This document shows positions 63,265 to 64,000 of a DNA stretch of 64,000 nucleotides, piece by piece; within the stretch, counting starts at the first letter, position 1, and each line of letters starts with the position of its first letter. The stretch is from Saccostrea cucullata (Eukaryota), in assembly GCF_032062105.1 (NCBI RefSeq), contig NW_026929567.1:186001-250000 (forward strand), written 5' to 3'. Under the pieces are notes generated by a model, which searched no databases, had not been told where the DNA came from, and saw only the letters and a program-made list of their open reading frames with translations. The translations under genes were made by a program, and so were the position numbers.

Positions 63265-64000
63265 GTTATTCATAGTCAAGGCGAATTCTACAGTCAGGAT
63301 AAGTTCATAGTCAAGGTGGAGTCTACAGTCAAGGTTCAAGGGGTACTCTCCAGTAGTTCGTAGTCTAGGTGGAGTGTACAGTCAAGGTTCAAGTGGTAGT
63401 TCATAGTCAAGGTAGAGTCTATGGAGTCTACAGTCGGGGGAAGTTCATAATCAAGGTGGAGTCTACAGTCAAGGTTCATGGGGTAGTTCAATGTCAAGGT
63501 GGAGTCTACAGTCAGTGGGTAGTTCACAATAAAGGTGGAATTTACAGTAAAGGTTCAAAGGGTAGTTCATAGTCAAGGTGGAGTCTACAGTCAGGGGAAG
63601 TTCATAGTCAAGGTGGATTCTACAGTCAAGCTTCAAGGAGTAGTTCATAGTCAAGGTGGAGTCTATAGTCAAAGGGTAGTTCATAGTCAAGGGTTAGTTC
63701 ACAATTAAGGAAGTCTACAGTTTGGAGTGTACAGTCAGGGGTAGTTCATAGTCAAGGTGGAGTGTACAGTCAAGGTTCAATGGGTAGTTCATAATCAAGG
63801 TGGAATCTATGGAGTCTCAGTCAGGGGAAGTTCATAATCAAGGTGGAGTCTACAGTCTAGGTTCAAGGGGTAGTTCATAGTCAAGTTGGAGTCTACAGTC
63901 AAGGTTCAAGGGGTAGTTCATAGTTAAGGTGGAGTCTACAGTCAGCGGGTAGTTCACAATAAAGGTGGAATTTACAGTAAAGGTTCAAAGGGTAGTTCTT
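63265..64000. repeat. Satellite with 34-43-bp variant units, running off the window end
   Basis: GGGTAGTTCATAGTCAAGGTGGAGTCTACAGTCA(AGGTTCAAG) reiterated. Confidence 0.92.

Overview
AT-rich, intron-containing eukaryotic DNA. The repeat families look like those of a bivalve mollusc, probably an oyster (inference from recognition, no database search). One host gene locus spans the window on the minus strand. Four phase-compatible, stop-free exons (36428-36180, 26961-26722, 24663-24536, 19256-17970) encode a kinase-less Roc-COR (ROCO-family) GTPase. Three further phase-compatible exons upstream on the same strand (57401-57167, 57070-56954, 47447-47363) encode a Cys-rich ectodomain-like module. 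Together these suggest a possible receptor-type Roco protein, but I could not resolve the linking or transmembrane exons. An intron holds a near-intact Gmr1-type Ty3/gypsy element (PR-IN-RT-RH order, tRNA-Leu PBS, PPT, CATAC TSD) whose 5' LTR region contains a 417-bp copy of the opposite host flank. The rest is repeats: an 8-kb nested stack of DNA transposons just 3' of the Roco stop codon, a decayed Tc1 element, Helentron-like elements with internal tandem arrays, tRNA-derived SINEs, a tRNA-containing TRIM-like remnant, MITEs, hairpins and a terminal satellite. No CRISPR array, rRNA gene or intact tRNA gene was seen.
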